Of a DNA stretch of 64,000 nucleotides, positions 61,218-64,000 are shown piece by piece. The stretch lies in sequence record NC_022968.1; one strand, given 5' to 3'. Position 1 is the first letter of the stretch; the number at the start of each line of letters is the position of its first letter. The notes beneath the pieces were generated by a model that was not told the origin of the DNA, ran no database searches, and saw only the letters and a list, made by a program, of their open reading frames with translations. Both the position numbers and the translations under genes were made by a program. The DNA is from Escherichia phage 4MG.

Positions 61218-61414
61218 ATATTCACTGTTTTGCATAAGTATTCAATGATATGCAAATAGTTTCACGTTGTTACTAAATTTAAGCCCTTTTGAGCGTGGCG
61301 CGGTTTCGTGATACCGCTTTAAAGCTCCTGTAAGCCTCTCTAAGCGCTTCAACGTCGAACCCTGGCAAGTGCATCACCTCGCGGAGAAGTCCCCAAATTC
61401 ACTTTTTTGCATAG
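61218..61414 (-). promoter_or_regulatory. regulatory cassette E: two conserved boxes about 177 bp apart
   Basis: Boxes at about 61218-61236 and 61395-61414; paralogous to cassettes C and D. Confidence 0.5.
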
Positions 61415-61440
61415 AAAAAAGGCCGGGGATCGTCCCGGCC
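61415..61440 (-). terminator. intrinsic terminator on minus strand (GGCCGGGACGAUCCCCGGCC + UUUUUU)
   Basis: Hairpin and U-run immediately downstream of stop at 61446. Confidence 0.6.
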
Positions 61441-61445
61441 TCTTG

Positions 61446-61649
61446 TTAGTCAGTTTGTACGGCTTGCCACTGTAAAGCACGTTTGCGATCCGCCAACCGT
61501 TTATTGAGATTTGGATCATAACGGTCTGGCGTCCAGGTTTTGGCAACGCGTTCCGGCTTGTGTAATTTGTCGTTACGTTGGCGGCGCTCGTTTACTTCAC
61601 CATAAGCCAGGCGATCACGCTTGCTTGTCATCTTCTCAATATTTCGCAT
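61446..61649 (-). CDS. hypothetical basic protein (67 aa)
   Basis: Track ORF. Confidence 0.45.
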   Translation of the reverse strand: MRNIEKMTSKRDRLAYGEVNERRQRNDKLHKPERVAKTWTPDRYDPNLNKRLADRKRALQWQAVQTD

Positions 61650-61663
61650 TCTAAACCCTCGTT

Positions 61664-62011
61664 TTATTTTCGTTTGTTGTATACATGTTCAATGATCCGG
61701 CCTTGCTGTTCTGCTAGCTCATTAGCTCGCCATTCTATGATCTCGGTTATCTGCTCTTTTGTGCCTTCTTTGTGATACGTGATAAACCCGCCACGCTTTT
61801 TCACTTCACACAATAGCCCGTTACCCTCAAGATCATTTAATGCCCCAGATCGCCGGGTGTGGTAGTGCTTACCGTGGAACCTATATTCAATATAATGATA
61901 CACTTTCCCGATCCTGTATTCGTAGTAAATCCAGAGCACTCCCCGCCATAGCCTGGCGGGGATCTTCCAGTAAATAGCAGCAGCAGCTACCAAAAACAGG
62001 ATTTTAAACAC
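61664..62011 (-). CDS. hypothetical protein with N-terminal hydrophobic segment (115 aa)
   Basis: Track ORF. Confidence 0.45.
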   Translation of the reverse strand: MFKILFLVAAAAIYWKIPARLWRGVLWIYYEYRIGKVYHYIEYRFHGKHYHTRRSGALNDLEGNGLLCEVKKRGGFITYHKEGTKEQITEIIEWRANELAEQQGRIIEHVYNKRK

Positions 62012-62013
62012 TG

Positions 62014-62580
62014 TTAATAATCCTCTAACATTTCGCGCAGGGCTTCCAGTTCCTCACCTGTAAAGATCTTGCGGAGTTCCTCGCCTGTTTTCTGGCAAGC
62101 AAGATAAATCTCTAAACCTTTGCGGCTATCCTCATCATAACCCATGTTAGCGCAAAAATCAGCATGAGTTTCTGATCCACAATCAGCATCAGCTAGCAGG
62201 CAGTAAAGCACGTTTGCGGCGCAAGGTGTCGCAACATATACACGGTAACCGAAAGACATTGCTTTATTATTGTTGCGTTTGTAATCGTCGCGTGTCCAGT
62301 TTTTCTGATCCACTTGTGCAACTTTCGCGCCAACTTTCGCAAGCTCTCGCGCATCAGTCGGAGTTACGCCACCGTTACGGCCTACACGGTGCCCGGTTCC
62401 CGTTTTAAATTCAGTGCGGTAAACGTTAGCGCCCTTTTCGAAACTCACAAAAAACAGATCCGCTTCCCACTTAGGATCATTGTTAACGCCGCCATATTGA
62501 GCATTAAAAGTAATGCCCTTTTCTTTCAGGAAGTTAGAAACGGCTACGTCTTGATCGTTGAAAGTGATTTTGTTATTCAT
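62014..62580 (-). CDS. hypothetical protein (188 aa)
   Basis: Track ORF; largest gene of the right block; no motif recognised. Confidence 0.5.
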   Translation of the reverse strand: MNNKITFNDQDVAVSNFLKEKGITFNAQYGGVNNDPKWEADLFFVSFEKGANVYRTEFKTGTGHRVGRNGGVTPTDARELAKVGAKVAQVDQKNWTRDDYKRNNNKAMSFGYRVYVATPCAANVLYCLLADADCGSETHADFCANMGYDEDSRKGLEIYLACQKTGEELRKIFTGEELEALREMLEDY

Positions 62581-62675
62581 GATATTTTACCTTTTGTTTG
62601 GTTTGGCATTATTGCCGGGTTATTTCTCTTACTTGGTGGAGCTATCTTAAAGCCCCACCTATTAAGAGTCAACAA

Positions 62676-62861
62676 CTATTTAATAATTTCTTTGCCGAAA
62701 GAATCAAAAGAGGCGATCACTTTTAGATTATCATCTAACAGCTTGCCGGGGATCTTTAGATTGTTGATCCGTTGGCTAGCCTCTTGTTTAACGTCCTCAA
62801 TAGTGCGGCTTGCCGAATTGAAGATCGTTAAAACTTGCCCGTTATCCATGCTTACAACCAT
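62676..62861 (-). CDS. hypothetical protein (61 aa)
   Basis: Track ORF. Confidence 0.4.
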   Translation of the reverse strand: MVVSMDNGQVLTIFNSASRTIEDVKQEASQRINNLKIPGKLLDDNLKVIASFDSFGKEIIK

Positions 62862-62862
62862 T

Positions 62863-63258
62863 TCACACCGCCTTTAAATAATTGTTAGTTACTCGGTAAA
62901 CGTGGCGATAAGCTTGTTTTTTGGTGTGCGGCGCATAGGTCATAGACTGATAAGCCAGATCATAACCGATTTTTTCAAGCCAGTAAAGCGCGGCGCTTTG
63001 CCCTTCATTGTGTGATTGTTCCCGGCGGCGTGGCGATTCCAGGACGGTGACGCCGAACCCGGTATAACCATTTTGCACGGACAGAAGATCCCCACGGTGA
63101 AGCGTGGCGCGGTATTTGTTGATCGTGTTACCGTTGACATCTCGCCCAAAATCAAAGGAATCAATGACCACGAAAAAATCCCCGGTTGTCTGGCGTGAAA
63201 CTTCTTTCAGGCGGTTAACAGCGTCATACAGATTGATTGAGGTTTTAAACTTTGCCAT
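62863..63258 (-). CDS. hypothetical protein (131 aa)
   Basis: Track ORF; AAAGGTAAAG SD after stem-loop. Confidence 0.45.
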   Translation of the reverse strand: MAKFKTSINLYDAVNRLKEVSRQTTGDFFVVIDSFDFGRDVNGNTINKYRATLHRGDLLSVQNGYTGFGVTVLESPRRREQSHNEGQSAALYWLEKIGYDLAYQSMTYAPHTKKQAYRHVYRVTNNYLKAV

Positions 63259-63288
63259 TTTCTTTACCTTTAGTCAGTGCCGGGAACC

Positions 63289-63306
63289 GTCCCGGCTTGA
63301 GTAGAA
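63289..63306 (-). repeat. intergenic stem-loop GCCGGGA-ACCG-UCCCGGC
   Basis: About 25 nt upstream of ATG at 63258. Confidence 0.5.
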
Positions 63307-63337
63307 TTATCGGCTTTTCTTGCCGGGGTGTCAATAC

Positions 63338-63631
63338 TTACAGAAGATTTTTTAATTCTTCGTAAGTGGCGGCGCTAATCTCGGTTACAGATTTAACACG
63401 TACAACATGAGCGCCACAATCAGACCAATAACCGCTTTCGTTCACTTCGTCGATATCATCGAAAGAATAATGGGCGGCGGCGCAACGGTTTTCCGCTTCG
63501 TTGGTTGCATCTTCCAGGGAGTGATCAACAATAAGATCCACGGTCGGGAATTCTTTCCCATCATACATGCAATAGATACGGGCAAGGAAAAATTTTGCTG
63601 GGGCGGTAGTGGTTTTGTTTGTAGTAGTCAT
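63338..63631 (-). CDS. hypothetical acidic protein (97 aa)
   Basis: Track ORF; AAAAAAGGTAATAC SD after stem-loop. Confidence 0.45.
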   Translation of the reverse strand: MTTTNKTTTAPAKFFLARIYCMYDGKEFPTVDLIVDHSLEDATNEAENRCAAAHYSFDDIDEVNESGYWSDCGAHVVRVKSVTEISAATYEELKNLL

Positions 63632-63652
63632 TTTGTATTACCTTTTTTGTGT

Positions 63653-63671
63653 GGCGGGAACTATTCCCGCC
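63653..63671 (-). repeat. intergenic stem-loop GGCGGGA-ACUAU-UCCCGCC
   Basis: About 20 nt upstream of ATG at 63631. Confidence 0.5.
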
Positions 63672-63711
63672 TTGATTTGTAATATAATCGATCTAGCTTA
63701 GGATTGCAAAT

Positions 63712-63909
63712 TTATTTTGCAACATAATCCGGGTTAGGTGTACGGCGTTCAATGATCCGGGCTTCGTACCCGTTGCGGCGATAATCTTTCTTTGTTGCTC
63801 TCGCATCAGACCAATTTGCCTCGGCGCAGGAATCCTCCCAGCCGTTGCAGGTTCTTTCCTGTACGATGATTTCATAAAGCCATTTATTAACACGCGGAGC
63901 CTTTGCCAT
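63712..63909 (-). CDS. hypothetical protein (65 aa)
   Basis: Track ORF; GAGGTAAAC SD. Confidence 0.45.
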   Translation of the reverse strand: MAKAPRVNKWLYEIIVQERTCNGWEDSCAEANWSDARATKKDYRRNGYEARIIERRTPNPDYVAK

Positions 63910-63940
63910 TTCGTTTACCTCGTTTTGTTTCGGTTTTGGT

Positions 63941-63970
63941 ATTATGCGCCGGATTCCCGGCGCTTGTCAA
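63941..63970 (-). promoter_or_regulatory. candidate sigma70-like promoter on minus strand (TTGACA-N18-CATAAT) with stem-loop GCGCCGGGAAUCCGGCGC in the spacer
   Basis: Read on reverse complement at right edge of window, about 30 nt upstream of ATG at 63909. Confidence 0.4.
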
Positions 63971-64000
63971 ATTTATTTTCTTGCCATATGAGCAGCAAGC

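Noticed and set aside
55382-63963. Repeated GC-rich hairpins as a possible CRISPR array
   Set aside because: Copies are 18-21 bp palindromes separated by whole genes (300-2000 bp), not by short uniform spacers; no cas genes
63941-63970. Interpreting every GC-rich hairpin as a promoter spacer
   Set aside because: Only the rightmost copy (and weakly the 59304 copy) is flanked by acceptable -35/-10 hexamers; others lack them
1-64000. Integrase, repressor/attachment site or other prophage/lysogeny markers
   Set aside because: None recognised; gene content (RNR, ThyX, ligases, nucleases, tRNAs, strong early promoters) indicates a virulent phage segment

Overview
This 64-kb window reads as the early/middle, non-structural part of a large virulent tailed phage of an enterobacterial host. 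Support: sigma70-type promoters (TTGACA-N16/17-TATAAT), AGGAG-type ribosome-binding sites, ATGA/TAATG translational coupling, and enteric-type tRNA genes. Roughly 160 tightly packed ORFs lie in three transcription blocks. (1) A leftward block (214-7533) with tRNA-Lys, tRNA-Met, a tRNA-like element and a NAMPT-like/PRPP-synthetase-like pair. (2) A long rightward block (7812-53666) with NrdA/NrdB, ThyX-like thymidylate synthase, glutaredoxin, dNMP-kinase-like and HAD nucleotidase genes, MazG, ATP-dependent DNA ligase, flap endonuclease, endonuclease VII, a DEDD exonuclease, an RNA-repair set (phosphatase, RNA ligase, kinase, CCA-adding enzyme), Sir2-like and NADAR-domain proteins, an SPFH lipoprotein, GH19-like endolysin, PhoH, a DNA methyltransferase, a ClpP-like peptidase, HNH endonucleases and dozens of small ORFs. 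(3) A second leftward block (55420-63909) of small unknown genes separated by near-identical GC-rich stem-loops and three paralogous ~180-bp promoter cassettes. Between blocks 2 and 3 lies a 1.75-kb ORF-free, repeat-rich island (53667-55419). No capsid, tail, terminase, DNA polymerase or integrase genes are visible. The two most notable observations are an NAD+/ADP-ribose-centred toolkit (NAMPT-like + Prs-like pair, Sir2-like, NADAR) and the structured non-coding island. All functional calls rest on motifs read by eye from the supplied translations; no database search was run. Coordinates I derived myself (ORFs under 60 aa, non-coding motifs) may be off by 1-2 nt.
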